Assembly (NCBI GenBank): GCA_963701965.1
Contig: OY969695.1
Span: 4,576,001 to 4,640,000, forward strand
Origin: an uncultured Gemmatimonadales bacterium
Lineage (GTDB): Bacteria; Gemmatimonadota; Gemmatimonadetes; Gemmatimonadales; Gemmatimonadaceae
DNA: 64,000 nt
Direction: 5' to 3'
The stretch's first letter is position 1. Each line of letters starts with the position of its first letter. Below the pieces are notes generated by a model, which saw nothing but the letters and a program-made list of their open reading frames with translations, searched no databases and was not told the DNA's origin. This document shows positions 31,445 through 41,210 of this stretch, one piece after another. Position numbers and translations under genes: made by a program.

Positions 31445-31980
31445 TGTTCTTTCGCGGCCGGCAACCCGAGACATCGATCTGGCGCCGTTTCCGCTCCGGT
31501 CTCGACGGATTCACGTTCGAGAAGGACGACGGCCACTATACGGCCCACGTCGTGGCCAACGCCGAGCGCGTCGTCGATCTCTTCTACGTCCTCGCCGAGC
31601 ATCTGCCGCCGGCCGTCGACGTGGCGATCGATGATCTCCGCGGCCAGCAGTCGTGGCGCGGCGAGCGGGCCGCGCTCCCCGACGTACAGGACGCGATCGG
31701 CCGCCTCAAGATCCCATTGGCCGCCATCGGCGGCGTCGAGTTCTCCGTGTTCTCGGCCGACGACCAGCTGACCCTGAATCCCCAGCTCGAGCTCTTCATC
31801 TACGCCCGGAGCGACCGGTGGTACTATCTCCTCGCCGGCATGGGACTCGAAGAACGCCGCACGGTCCCCAGCAAGAGCGCGCGGCAGCCGCGGCGCGCGT
31901 ATGACCCCGCGCCCCAGCTCAGCGATGCCCTGATGGCGGCCGCGACGCGCTTAGGGCTTGCGCCGGCGCCGACGGCGTGA
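31444..31980 (+). CDS. Hypothetical protein
   Basis: Coupled to neighbours at both ends; high-GC3 codon pattern. Confidence 0.8.
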   Translation: MFFRGRQPETSIWRRFRSGLDGFTFEKDDGHYTAHVVANAERVVDLFYVLAEHLPPAVDVAIDDLRGQQSWRGERAALPDVQDAIGRLKIPLAAIGGVEFSVFSADDQLTLNPQLELFIYARSDRWYYLLAGMGLEERRTVPSKSARQPRRAYDPAPQLSDALMAAATRLGLAPAPTA

Positions 31981-33323
31981 CCCCGGCGCGCCGACGGGTC
32001 GCCCCTCCCGGGGAGACGCTGTTCAGCGCGCGTCTCCCGGAGCCGTTGGCGGCCCGGATGCGCCCGCGTACCCTCGAGGAGTTCGCCGGACAGCAGCGGA
32101 TCGTCGGGCCCGACACGCCCTTGCGTCTGGCGATCGAGCGGGGCGCGGTCGACTCCCTGTTGTTCTGGGGCCCGCCCGGTTCCGGGAAGACGACCCTGGC
32201 GCGGCTCATCGCGCACTACACGGACCGCGTCTTCGTGCCGTTCTCCGCGGTCGTCGAGGGCGTGCCCCGGGTCCGGGAGATCGTGGCCGAGGCCGAAGCG
32301 CGCCGGGCCGAGGGGCGGGGAACGATCCTGTTCGTCAATGAGATCCACCGGCTCAATCGCGCGCAGCAGGATGCGTTTCTGCCGCACGTGGAGAGCGGCA
32401 CGGTGACGTTGATCGGTGCCACGACCGAGAACCCATCGTTCGAGATCAACGGCGCGCTGCTCTCGCGGTTGCGCGTATTCGTGCTGGATCCGTTGGCGGT
32501 GGACGACCTCGTGCGCCTGTTGCGCGAGGCGTTGGGCGACGAGGCGCGCGGCCTTGGCGGCATGCGCGTGCAGGCCGGGGAGGACGCGTTGCGCCTGTTG
32601 GCCGAGAGCGCCGACGGTGACGCGCGCCGCGCGCTCAACGCCATCGAGGCCGCGGCGGCACAGGCCGGTACCGCGGGCGTGATCACGCCGCAGGTCGCCA
32701 TCGCCGCCTTGCAGACGCGCGTTGCGCGCTACGACAAGTCCGGCGAGGAGCACTTCAACGCCATTTCCGCCTATCACAAGGCGCTCCGTGGCAGCGACCC
32801 ACAGGGCGCGTTGTACTGGCTGGCGCGCATGGTCGAAGGCGGCGAGGACCCCATGTACATCGCCCGTCGGACGGTGCGATTCGCCGCCGAGGACGTCGGA
32901 CTCGCCGACCCGACCGCGTTGAGCATCGCGATCGCGGCGCGCGATGCCTATCACTTCCTCGGTTCGCCGGAGGGCGAGCTGGCCCTCGCCGAGGCCGCCG
33001 TCTATCTGGCGACCGCGCCCAAGTCCAACCGCGTGTACACCGCCTGGGGCGCCGCGCTCGATCTCGCGCGCCGCACGCCGGCCGCGCCTGTGCCGCTCCA
33101 TATCCGGAACGCGCCCACCCCGCTCATGAAGGAGCTCGGGTACGGGCAAGGGTACCAGTATGCGCACGCGGCGCCCGAGGCCTACATTCCGCAGGCGTAC
33201 CTGCCGGATGAAGCCGAAGGCGCCGTGCTGTATGAGCCAGGGCCATTCGGATTCGAGAAGGAGATCGCGAAGCGTCTCGCCTGGTGGTCCGAACTGCGAG
33301 AGAAGACCGACAAGAGAGGGTGA
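31977..33323 (+). CDS. rarA: Replication-associated recombination protein A
   Basis: PLAARMRP, WGPPGSGKTT, IGATTENP, KALRGSDP, EDVGLADP, VPLHIRNAPT; Walker B reads FVNE. Confidence 0.96.
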   Translation: MTPARRRVAPPGETLFSARLPEPLAARMRPRTLEEFAGQQRIVGPDTPLRLAIERGAVDSLLFWGPPGSGKTTLARLIAHYTDRVFVPFSAVVEGVPRVREIVAEAEARRAEGRGTILFVNEIHRLNRAQQDAFLPHVESGTVTLIGATTENPSFEINGALLSRLRVFVLDPLAVDDLVRLLREALGDEARGLGGMRVQAGEDALRLLAESADGDARRALNAIEAAAAQAGTAGVITPQVAIAALQTRVARYDKSGEEHFNAISAYHKALRGSDPQGALYWLARMVEGGEDPMYIARRTVRFAAEDVGLADPTALSIAIAARDAYHFLGSPEGELALAEAAVYLATAPKSNRVYTAWGAALDLARRTPAAPVPLHIRNAPTPLMKELGYGQGYQYAHAAPEAYIPQAYLPDEAEGAVLYEPGPFGFEKEIAKRLAWWSELREKTDKRG

Positions 33324-33324
33324 T

Positions 33325-34623
33325 ATCGCGCGTCAACTGATCTCGCTCACCCCTCCGACCGAGCGCGCCGTGCTCGTCGGGGCTCCGCTCAAGCGATCGG
33401 CCGACCGGCATCAGATCGAGGAGCATCTGCAGGAGCTCGGCCGGCTGACCGACACCGCGGGCGCCGTCGTCGTCGGCGAGCTGACACAGCGGCTCGATCG
33501 TCCGGATCCCGCGACCTACCTCGGCAAAGGCAAGATCGAGGAGCTGCGCCAGTTGATCGAGGCGGAGCAGGCATCGCTGGTCATCTTCGACGACGAGCTC
33601 ACGCCCGCGCAGGGGCGCAACGTCGAGGACGCCACCGGCAAGCGCGTCATGGATCGCGCGGAGCTCATCCTCGACATCTTCGCGACGCGCGCCAAGACGA
33701 GCGAAGCCAAGATGCAGGTCGAGCTGGCGCAGCTCGAGTACATGCTGCCCCGGCTGACGCGCATGTGGGCCCACCTCGAGCGGGTCCGGGGCGGCATCGG
33801 CATGCGGGGACCGGGGGAGACCCAGCTGGAGACCGACCGCCGGTTGATCGGCAACCGGATCCGGCTCCTCAAGGAGCGCCTGACCGACGTGGAGCAGGCC
33901 CGGACCATCCAGCGGCAATCGCGGCGCAACGCGTTCCGCGTCTCGCTGGTCGGGTACACCAACGCCGGAAAATCGTCGATCCTGCGCGCGCTGTCCGGGT
34001 CAACCGACGTGTTCGTCGAAGACCGGTTGTTCGCGACGCTCGATCCACTGACGCGCGAGATCGAGTTGGCGGGAAACGCCCGGATACTCCTCACGGATAC
34101 GGTCGGGTTCATCCGCAAGCTCCCCCACAATCTCGTCGCCTCGTTCCGGGCGACCCTGGAGGAAGTGGCGGAGGCCGACCTGTTGCTGCACGTGGTCGAT
34201 GTCTCCCACCATGCTTGGGAGGAGCAACGGGTCGTCGTCGAGCAAGTGCTGGCCGAGCTGGGTGTCGCCGACAAGCCGGTGCTCTACGTGTTCAACAAGA
34301 TCGACGCGATCGAGCCCGCGGACGTCGAACCGTTACAACAACGCGTGCGCAACATCCTGCCCGGCGCCGTCTTCGTCTCGGCGACGACCGCGGACGCCCT
34401 CACGCCCTTGCGCGACGCCCTCGCCGCGGCGGTGCGGGCCTCCCGGCCGTTGACCCAGGTCACGCTGCCCGCGACCGATGGTAAATTGCTCGCCGAGCTG
34501 CATCGCGATGCGGAGGTCCTGGAGATTCGGAGTGAGGGGGCGGACGTCGTGGTGCAAGCCCGCGTGACTGAAGCCCTGGCCGGCCGGTTGCGGCGCGCCG
34601 GGGCGCGCGTCTCACAGAGGTGA
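33325..34623 (+). CDS. hflX: Ribosome-splitting GTPase HflX
   Basis: ERAVLVG, GPGETQLETDRR, GYTNAGKSS, LFATLD, DTVGFI, NKID; start codon uncertain (ATC proposed). Confidence 0.95.
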   Translation: MARQLISLTPPTERAVLVGAPLKRSADRHQIEEHLQELGRLTDTAGAVVVGELTQRLDRPDPATYLGKGKIEELRQLIEAEQASLVIFDDELTPAQGRNVEDATGKRVMDRAELILDIFATRAKTSEAKMQVELAQLEYMLPRLTRMWAHLERVRGGIGMRGPGETQLETDRRLIGNRIRLLKERLTDVEQARTIQRQSRRNAFRVSLVGYTNAGKSSILRALSGSTDVFVEDRLFATLDPLTREIELAGNARILLTDTVGFIRKLPHNLVASFRATLEEVAEADLLLHVVDVSHHAWEEQRVVVEQVLAELGVADKPVLYVFNKIDAIEPADVEPLQQRVRNILPGAVFVSATTADALTPLRDALAAAVRASRPLTQVTLPATDGKLLAELHRDAEVLEIRSEGADVVVQARVTEALAGRLRRAGARVSQR

Positions 34624-34647
34624 TGCCCCGGTAATACCATAACCCGC

Positions 34648-35706
34648 ATGAAACTCCTTCACATCGTCGGGGCCCGTCCAAACTTTCCCAAGCTCGCCCC
34701 GGTCTCCCGGGCGGCGCGGGCGGTCGGTGTCGATCAGATCGTCGTCCACACCGGACAGCACTACGACGATGCCATGTCGGCCGCTTTTTTTCGCGATCTC
34801 GGTCTCCGGGCGCCGGACATTAACCTCGACGTCGGATCCGGCAGCCACGCCGTGCAGACCGCGCGGGTCATGGAGCGCCTGGAGCCGGTCCTCCTCAAGC
34901 ACCGGCCCGATTGGACCGTCGTGTACGGCGACGTGAACTCGACCGTCGCTGCCGCCCTGGTCGCCGCCAAGCTCGGCATGCGCATCGCCCACGTCGAGGC
35001 CGGCGTCCGCAGCGGTGACCGCGCGATGCCCGAAGAGATCAACCGCATCGTCACCGATCGCCTGGCCGATCTCCTGCTCACGCCGTCGCGCGCGGCCGAC
35101 GCCACATTGCGCGCCGAAGGCGAGCCGGAGGCGGAGATCGCGTTCGTCGGGAATGTCATGGTCGATGCGCTGCGCTACGCGGTCGAGCGCGCGAGGGCCA
35201 CGGGATTTCGACGGCGGCTCGGGTTGGAGGCGGCGCCCGTCACCGTCACGCTCCACCGGCCGTCCAACGTCGACGATCCGGTCCGTCTGGCGGCGATCGT
35301 GGCGGCGCTGCGCGCGGTCGCCGCGGAGCGGCCGGTAGTCTTTCCCGTGCACCCGCGCACGCGGGCACAGCTATCGGCCGGCGGCTTCGAGGTCGACGGC
35401 GTGCGATTGCTGGAGCCGCTCGGCTATCTGGATATGCTCGACATTGTCGATGGCTCGCACGCGGTGATCACCGATTCCGGCGGATTACAAGTCGAGAGCA
35501 CGGCGCTCGGAGTGCCGTGCTTGACCGTCCGCGATACGACCGAATGGCCAGAGACGATCGAATGCGGCGCGAACCGTTTGGTGCCGGATCCCGCTGCGCT
35601 CCCGGCCGCCGTCGCTTCGATCGTGCGCCCCGCTAACCCACCGCGCCCGGACGGATGGGACGGCATGGCCGCGGTCCGCGTGCTCGACTGCTTGCGCACG
35701 CGTTGA
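34648..35706 (+). CDS. wecB: UDP-GlcNAc 2-epimerase (non-hydrolysing)
   Basis: GARPNF, HTGQHYD, HVEAG, MPEEINR, TLHRPSN, TDSGG. Confidence 0.93.
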   Translation: MKLLHIVGARPNFPKLAPVSRAARAVGVDQIVVHTGQHYDDAMSAAFFRDLGLRAPDINLDVGSGSHAVQTARVMERLEPVLLKHRPDWTVVYGDVNSTVAAALVAAKLGMRIAHVEAGVRSGDRAMPEEINRIVTDRLADLLLTPSRAADATLRAEGEPEAEIAFVGNVMVDALRYAVERARATGFRRRLGLEAAPVTVTLHRPSNVDDPVRLAAIVAALRAVAAERPVVFPVHPRTRAQLSAGGFEVDGVRLLEPLGYLDMLDIVDGSHAVITDSGGLQVESTALGVPCLTVRDTTEWPETIECGANRLVPDPAALPAAVASIVRPANPPRPDGWDGMAAVRVLDCLRTR

Positions 35707-36057
35707 CGCGCGTTGTGACGGCGTACTGATCTCACCGGGTTGTCATCTATGGCAATCGTCCGCCGGCCGTTGGCCTGGCCTCATTGCTGCGCACACGGTG
35801 CGCGATGCCGATGGGATGCCGGCGCTCCGCGGCTGCCGGTGTGTATTCGGGACGCGTCCGGTCGTGGGTGCGTAGGCTCGGAAACGTATGGTCCCCTCGC
35901 CGCGACGTCCGATCCTTGCCATGTCTCGCCCGCTAAGTAACATTTTGTTTCTATCGACATCGTGTTCGATAGCGCAACAGGGGCTTGTCGCGCGCGCGCA
36001 TCACCATTTCGCCCTTCGCAGCGTGCAGTCAACAGCATCTTTCGAAGGGGTCGCACC

Positions 36058-37593
36058 GTGAGCTCCGCGCCGGATCGCCGTCGAGGCCGCATCGGACCGA
36101 CCGTCACATCTGACGTACTCGGCGCGCATATCACGACGGTCGAGACGAGTCGCCCGTTTCCCATCGTCTTGCAGGAACGCGCGCGGATCGCGCGGCGCAC
36201 CCATGTGGTGCGGGGGTTGACGCGATTCTTGGTGCTGCTCGCCGCGGACGCGGTCGTACTGCTGTTGTTGCGTGGTCTGTGGTCGCAAATGCGCGGCCTG
36301 GGCACGGCCCTGCATTCGCCGGCGGTGCCGGCGCTCCTCGGCACCGCGTATCCGACGAGCGAGCTCTTGCTCGCGGTGTTGCTCGGGCTCTGGGCGCTGG
36401 GAACGTACGGCGCCGGCGATCACCGACGCGATGTGAGCCAGGTCTTCACCGGCGGCGCCGCGGGCATCACGCTGATCGGATGGGGACCGCTGTGGGGCAG
36501 CCTGTCGCTCTCGGGCGTCCTCGGACTGGCCGCGGCCGCAGCGGCCGTGGGCATCACGCTCGTCTGCGAGCGTCTCTTGGTGGAGGTGCTCGTGTATCGG
36601 GCGCGGGCGCGCAGCGCCAGCGCGCCGCGCGCCGTGCTCATCGGCCCCTCGGCCAATGCGCGCCGGGCGTTGCGCGCCTCGCCGTTCACCATACGGTCGG
36701 AGTTTCGCGTCCTCGGCTATGTGGCCACCGAGAACCGGCCCGCCCCCGACGCGCTGGGTGGCGTCAGCGAGTTCGTCGATGTCCTGGCCAGACGGGACGT
36801 CGACACGGTTATCTTCGCCGGTCATTTCGAGGAGACCCTGTTCCACGATCTCCTGACCATCGCCAATGCCGCCGGGTGTCACGCCTATTCGTTGGCCCGG
36901 CCCGCCACGCTTACCGGCTACATCCCGCAGCTCGTGTGGCTGCGCGGGGTACCGCTGGTGCAACTGACACGGCCCGGGATCCACGGCCAGCAACTCGTCA
37001 TCAAGCGTGTCGTCGATCTGGTCGTCTCCAGCGTTGGCCTGATCCTGCTGGCGCCGCTGCTCGCGCTGGTCGCGCTGGCGGTCAAGCTGTCGTCACCGGG
37101 GCCGATCATCTTCCGGCAGCGGCGGGTGGGCGCCGGCGGACGGCAGTTCGACATTCTCAAGTTCCGCAGCATGGTCGACGGCGCCGACGCGCAGCGCGAG
37201 CACCTCGCCGGCGAGAGCATGTATGCCGATGCCCGGTTGTTCAAAGTGGACCGCGACCCGCGGGTCACCGCACTCGGCGCCTTTCTCCGGCGGACCAGCA
37301 TCGACGAGCTGCCGCAGTTGTGGAACGTCCTGCGGGGCGAGATGTCCCTCGTCGGTCCGCGGCCGCCATTGCCGTCGGAGGTCGCCCTGTACGAGGAACA
37401 CCATTACTCGCGCTTCGACATGAAGCCCGGCATCACCGGACCGTGGCAAGTGAACGGCCGGAATCGGATCACGGATTTCGACGAGGTGATCCGCCTCGAG
37501 ACCGCGTATTTGCGGCGCTGGGCGATCTGGAAGGATTTTGGCATCCTCCTCCGCACCGTGCCCGTCGTCCTGCGCATGGATGGTGCGCACTGA
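36058..37593 (+). CDS. Priming undecaprenyl-phosphate sugar-1-P transferase (WcaJ/CpsE-like)
   Basis: N-terminal TMs, KRVVDL, KFRSM, IDELPQLWNVLRGEMSLVGPRP, KPGITGPWQV; start approximate. Confidence 0.93.
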   Translation: MSSAPDRRRGRIGPTVTSDVLGAHITTVETSRPFPIVLQERARIARRTHVVRGLTRFLVLLAADAVVLLLLRGLWSQMRGLGTALHSPAVPALLGTAYPTSELLLAVLLGLWALGTYGAGDHRRDVSQVFTGGAAGITLIGWGPLWGSLSLSGVLGLAAAAAAVGITLVCERLLVEVLVYRARARSASAPRAVLIGPSANARRALRASPFTIRSEFRVLGYVATENRPAPDALGGVSEFVDVLARRDVDTVIFAGHFEETLFHDLLTIANAAGCHAYSLARPATLTGYIPQLVWLRGVPLVQLTRPGIHGQQLVIKRVVDLVVSSVGLILLAPLLALVALAVKLSSPGPIIFRQRRVGAGGRQFDILKFRSMVDGADAQREHLAGESMYADARLFKVDRDPRVTALGAFLRRTSIDELPQLWNVLRGEMSLVGPRPPLPSEVALYEEHHYSRFDMKPGITGPWQVNGRNRITDFDEVIRLETAYLRRWAIWKDFGILLRTVPVVLRMDGAH

Positions 37594-38777
37594 CGCGGGT
37601 CCTCATCGTCGGGGGCGGCATCGTCGGATTGGCGACCGCCTATCAGTTCGCGCGGCGCCATCCCCACTTCGAGACGGTGGTCTTGGAGAAGGAGGGGCGG
37701 CTCGCGGGTCACCAGAGCGGTCGGAACAGCGGCGTCCTCCACGCCGGCCTGTACTACGCGCCCGGCTCGGCCAAAGCGCGTCTCGCGGTGGCCGGCATTC
37801 GGGAGATGACGGCGTTCTGCGGTGCGCACGACGTCGCCCACGAGATCTGCGGCAAGCTGGTCGTCGCCACGGACCCGGCGGAGCTGCCGCGACTGAAGAC
37901 CCTGTTGGCGCGCGGCACGGCGAACGGCTTGTGCGGTCTGCGCTGGCTGAGCGGCGACGAGGCGCGGGAGATCGAGCCGGCGGTTCGCGCGCTGGCGGCG
38001 GTGCACGTCCCGGAGGAGGGTATTGCCGATTACGTTGGCGTGGCCGAGGCACTCGCCGCCGACGTCCGGGCCGCTGGCGGGCAGGTTGTCTGCGGGGCGC
38101 GCGTGCTCGGGCTTCGCGCCACGCCGCGCGGGTGGGTGGCCGACACCGCGGCCGGAGCCTTCGAGGGTGACCTGCTCGTGAATTGCGCCGGACTGCAGGC
38201 CGACCGTGTCGCGCTCATGGCGGGCGCGCGGCTCGACGTGCGGATTGTGCCGTTCCGGGGCGAGTATTATGTCTTGCGTCCGGAGCGACGCCAGCTCGTG
38301 CGCCATCTCATCTATCCCGTGCCCAATCCCGCGTTCCCCTTTCTTGGTGTGCATTTCACCCGGCGTGTCACTGGCGATGTCGAGGCGGGGCCGAACGCCG
38401 TCCTGGCGCTGGCGCGCGAGGGGTACCAGGGGTCGCGATTCGATCCGCGCGACGCGGCGTCCGCAGTCGGCTTTCCCGGCCTGTGGCGATTCGTCGCCCG
38501 CTATCCGGGCGTCTGCGCGGCGGAGATCAGGCGATCGGGCAGCCGGCAGCGGTTTGCCGCCTCGCTGGCGCGGCTCGTTCCCGACGTACGCCCGGACGAC
38601 CTCGTGCCTGGCGGTGTCGGGATCCGCGCCCAGGCCATGCGCCGGGATGGCACGTTGGTCGAAGACTTCCATTTCGTTCCCCAACCGCGCGCGTTGCACG
38701 TGATCAATGCGCCCAGTCCCGCCGCGACCGCATCGCTGGCCATCGGTCGCGAGATCGTCAACCAGGTTCTCTCATGA
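37590..38777 (+). CDS. lhgO: L-2-hydroxyglutarate oxidase-like FAD oxidoreductase
   Basis: GGGIVGLATA, HQSGRNSGVLHAG, PFRGEYY, PFLGVHFT, NAPSPAATASL; apparent CTG start. Confidence 0.9.
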   Translation: MTRVLIVGGGIVGLATAYQFARRHPHFETVVLEKEGRLAGHQSGRNSGVLHAGLYYAPGSAKARLAVAGIREMTAFCGAHDVAHEICGKLVVATDPAELPRLKTLLARGTANGLCGLRWLSGDEAREIEPAVRALAAVHVPEEGIADYVGVAEALAADVRAAGGQVVCGARVLGLRATPRGWVADTAAGAFEGDLLVNCAGLQADRVALMAGARLDVRIVPFRGEYYVLRPERRQLVRHLIYPVPNPAFPFLGVHFTRRVTGDVEAGPNAVLALAREGYQGSRFDPRDAASAVGFPGLWRFVARYPGVCAAEIRRSGSRQRFAASLARLVPDVRPDDLVPGGVGIRAQAMRRDGTLVEDFHFVPQPRALHVINAPSPAATASLAIGREIVNQVLS

Positions 38778-39340
38778 ACGTGACCGTCGAGCCCACCGCG
38801 ATTCCCGATGTTCTGTTGGTCAAGCCACAGGTCTTTCGGGACGCGCGGGGGTTCTTCACCGAAGTCTTTCGCGAGGACGTCTTCCTGGGGGCGGGGCTTC
38901 CCACGCGGTTCGTGCAGCTCAACCACTCGCGGTCGGCGCGCGACGTCGTCCGTGGGCTGCATTTTCAGTGGGACCCCCCGATGGGCAAGTTGATGCGGGT
39001 CACGTTCGGGGCGGCGTTCCTGGTCGCGGTCGACATCCGCAAGAACTCTCCCACGTTGGGGCAGTGGGTCGGCGCGACCCTTTCGGCGGACGACCTGATG
39101 CAGGTGTGGGCCCCGGCCGGCTTTGCCCGCGGCTTTTGTGTGCTGAGCGACTGCGCGGAGATTCAGTATCTGTGCACCGGCACGTACAACGGCGCCGCCG
39201 AGGCCGGGATCCGGTGGGATGATCCCGAGATCGGCATTACCTGGCCGACCACGACCCCGGTCCTCTCGGACAAGGACACCCACGCGCCCACGTTGCGTCA
39301 GTGGTTGGCGACATCACATTCTGACAACTTCAGGCTATGA
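38774..39340 (+). CDS. rfbC: dTDP-4-dehydrorhamnose 3,5-epimerase
   Basis: FRDARGFFTE, VRGLHFQ, VDIRKNSPT, IRWDDP, LSDKD. Confidence 0.93.
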   Translation: MNVTVEPTAIPDVLLVKPQVFRDARGFFTEVFREDVFLGAGLPTRFVQLNHSRSARDVVRGLHFQWDPPMGKLMRVTFGAAFLVAVDIRKNSPTLGQWVGATLSADDLMQVWAPAGFARGFCVLSDCAEIQYLCTGTYNGAAEAGIRWDDPEIGITWPTTTPVLSDKDTHAPTLRQWLATSHSDNFRL

Positions 39341-40335
39341 GAATCCTCGTTGCTGGTGGCGCGGGATACATCGGATCTGTCCTCGTTCCGAAACTGGTCG
39401 CTCGGGGTTACGACGTGGACGTGGTGGACCTCCTGTGGTTTGGCAGTTCGCTGCCCAGTGAGGTCCGCGTCTTGCGACGTGATGTGCTCGATCTCACCGA
39501 GAACGAGCTGATGGGTTACGACCAGGTCTTGTTCCTTGCCGGCTTGTCGAACGATCCCATGGCGGACTACTCGCCGGCCAGGAATTTCGTGTTCAACGCT
39601 GCCAGCCCGGCCTATCTCGCGTATATCGCGAAGCGGGCGGGCGTGCGACGGTACATCTACGCCAGCTCCTGTTCCGTCTACGGATACACGGAGAACGAGC
39701 TGTTCCACGAGGAGTCGCCGGCGGTCTCCACGTATCCGTACGGCATCTCGAAGTTGCAAGGCGAGTTCGCCGCCAGGCAACTGGGCGACGAGCGCTTTTC
39801 GGTGATCGCGCTGCGCAAGGGCACCGTGTGCGGTTACAGCCCGCGCATGCGACTCGATCTCGTGATCAACACGATGGTCAAGACCGCGCTCACCACGAAC
39901 ACGATCACCGTCAACAACCCCTCCATCTGGCGTCCGATCCTGGCCATTCAGGATGCGGCGAGCGCCTACATTCGCGCGATCGAGTGCAGTTTCAATGTAT
40001 CCGGCACGTTCAATGTCGCGTCCGGCAACTTCACGCTGGGCGAGCTGGCCGACTCCGTCAGCGACGCGTTGCGGGAATTTCTCGAGATCGAGCCCAAGCT
40101 CGACATCCGGCACGTGACCAATGTTCGGAATTACAAGGTGACGTGCGAAAAAGCGCAGACGACGCTCGGGTTCAAGCCGTCCTACGACGTCCGGGCGATC
40201 GTCAGGGACCTGATCACGCACCGGCACCTGTTCGCCGACTTCAATGATCCGCGCTTTTCCAATATCGCGACATTCCGGCGGATCAATGGCGCGGGCCACG
40301 ACGCCCCGCCCGCGCGACCGCTCGCGGTCGTGTGA
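39337..40335 (+). CDS. NAD-dependent nucleotide-sugar epimerase/dehydratase (extended SDR)
   Basis: GGAGYIG, ASSCSVYG, YGISK. Confidence 0.9.
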   Translation: MRILVAGGAGYIGSVLVPKLVARGYDVDVVDLLWFGSSLPSEVRVLRRDVLDLTENELMGYDQVLFLAGLSNDPMADYSPARNFVFNAASPAYLAYIAKRAGVRRYIYASSCSVYGYTENELFHEESPAVSTYPYGISKLQGEFAARQLGDERFSVIALRKGTVCGYSPRMRLDLVINTMVKTALTTNTITVNNPSIWRPILAIQDAASAYIRAIECSFNVSGTFNVASGNFTLGELADSVSDALREFLEIEPKLDIRHVTNVRNYKVTCEKAQTTLGFKPSYDVRAIVRDLITHRHLFADFNDPRFSNIATFRRINGAGHDAPPARPLAVV

Positions 40336-41210
40336 TGATGCGCCTCGCCGTTCTCGGGGCCAACGGGCAGGTGGGCGCTGACGTCCTGGCGGCCGCCGCC
40401 GCCCGGGGCATCGACGCCGTCGGTCTCACGCACGAGGACATCGAGATCGCGGACGCGCAGTCCGTCGAGGCGGCGCTGGACCGGATCGGACCCACGCTCA
40501 TCGTCAACCCGGCGGCGATGCACAACGTGGAGGCGTGCGAGCGGGAGCCCGATCGGGCGTTCGCCGTGAACGCCCTGGGCGCCCGGCATCTGGCGCTCGC
40601 CAGCGCCCGCCGCGACATCACGCTCGTCCACGTGAGCACCGACTACGTCTTCGACGGGGCGCAAGGCCGGCCGTATCGCGAGACGGATCGGGCCTGCCCG
40701 CTCAACGTGTACGGCGCGAGCAAGCTGGCGGGCGAGCATTTCGTGTCCGCGATCGCGCCCCGGCACTTCGTCGTGCGCTCGTCCGGTCTCTACGGCGCGC
40801 ACGCGAGCCGCGGCAAGGCGGGCGGCCTCAATTTCGTGCAGCTCATGCTCAAGCTGGCGCGGGAGCGGGGCACCGTGCGCGTCGTCACGGACGAGCTGGT
40901 GACCCCGACCTACACGGCCGATCTCGCGGAGCAGATCCTCGACCTGGCGGAGACCACGGCGTACGGCATCTATCACGCGACGAACAGCGGCGCCTGCTCA
41001 TGGAACGCGTTTGCCCGCGAGATCCTGCGGTGCGCGGTACCCGACGCGATCGTGGAGGATGCGACAGCGGCCGATTTTCCGCGTCCCGTCAAGCGGCCGT
41101 CGTATTCGGTGCTCGACAACGCCGGGTTGCGCGCCATCGGGATCGACCGCATGGCCGACTGGCGCGATGCCCTCGGCCGCTACCTGGCCACGCTCGGCTT
41201 ATGCGGCTAG
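40335..41210 (+). CDS. rfbD: dTDP-4-dehydrorhamnose reductase
   Basis: GANGQVG, STDYVFDG, YGASKLAGE, RPSYSVLD. Confidence 0.92.
   Translation: MMRLAVLGANGQVGADVLAAAAARGIDAVGLTHEDIEIADAQSVEAALDRIGPTLIVNPAAMHNVEACEREPDRAFAVNALGARHLALASARRDITLVHVSTDYVFDGAQGRPYRETDRACPLNVYGASKLAGEHFVSAIAPRHFVVRSSGLYGAHASRGKAGGLNFVQLMLKLARERGTVRVVTDELVTPTYTADLAEQILDLAETTAYGIYHATNSGACSWNAFAREILRCAVPDAIVEDATAADFPRPVKRPSYSVLDNAGLRAIGIDRMADWRDALGRYLATLGLCG

Noticed and set aside
36279..38777. 832-aa ORF suggesting a long lhgO fusion
   Set aside because: The N-terminal 437 codons are an off-frame overlap of the sugar transferase. The 1623, 27159, 28118, 58292 and 62535 ORFs are over-extended in the same way.
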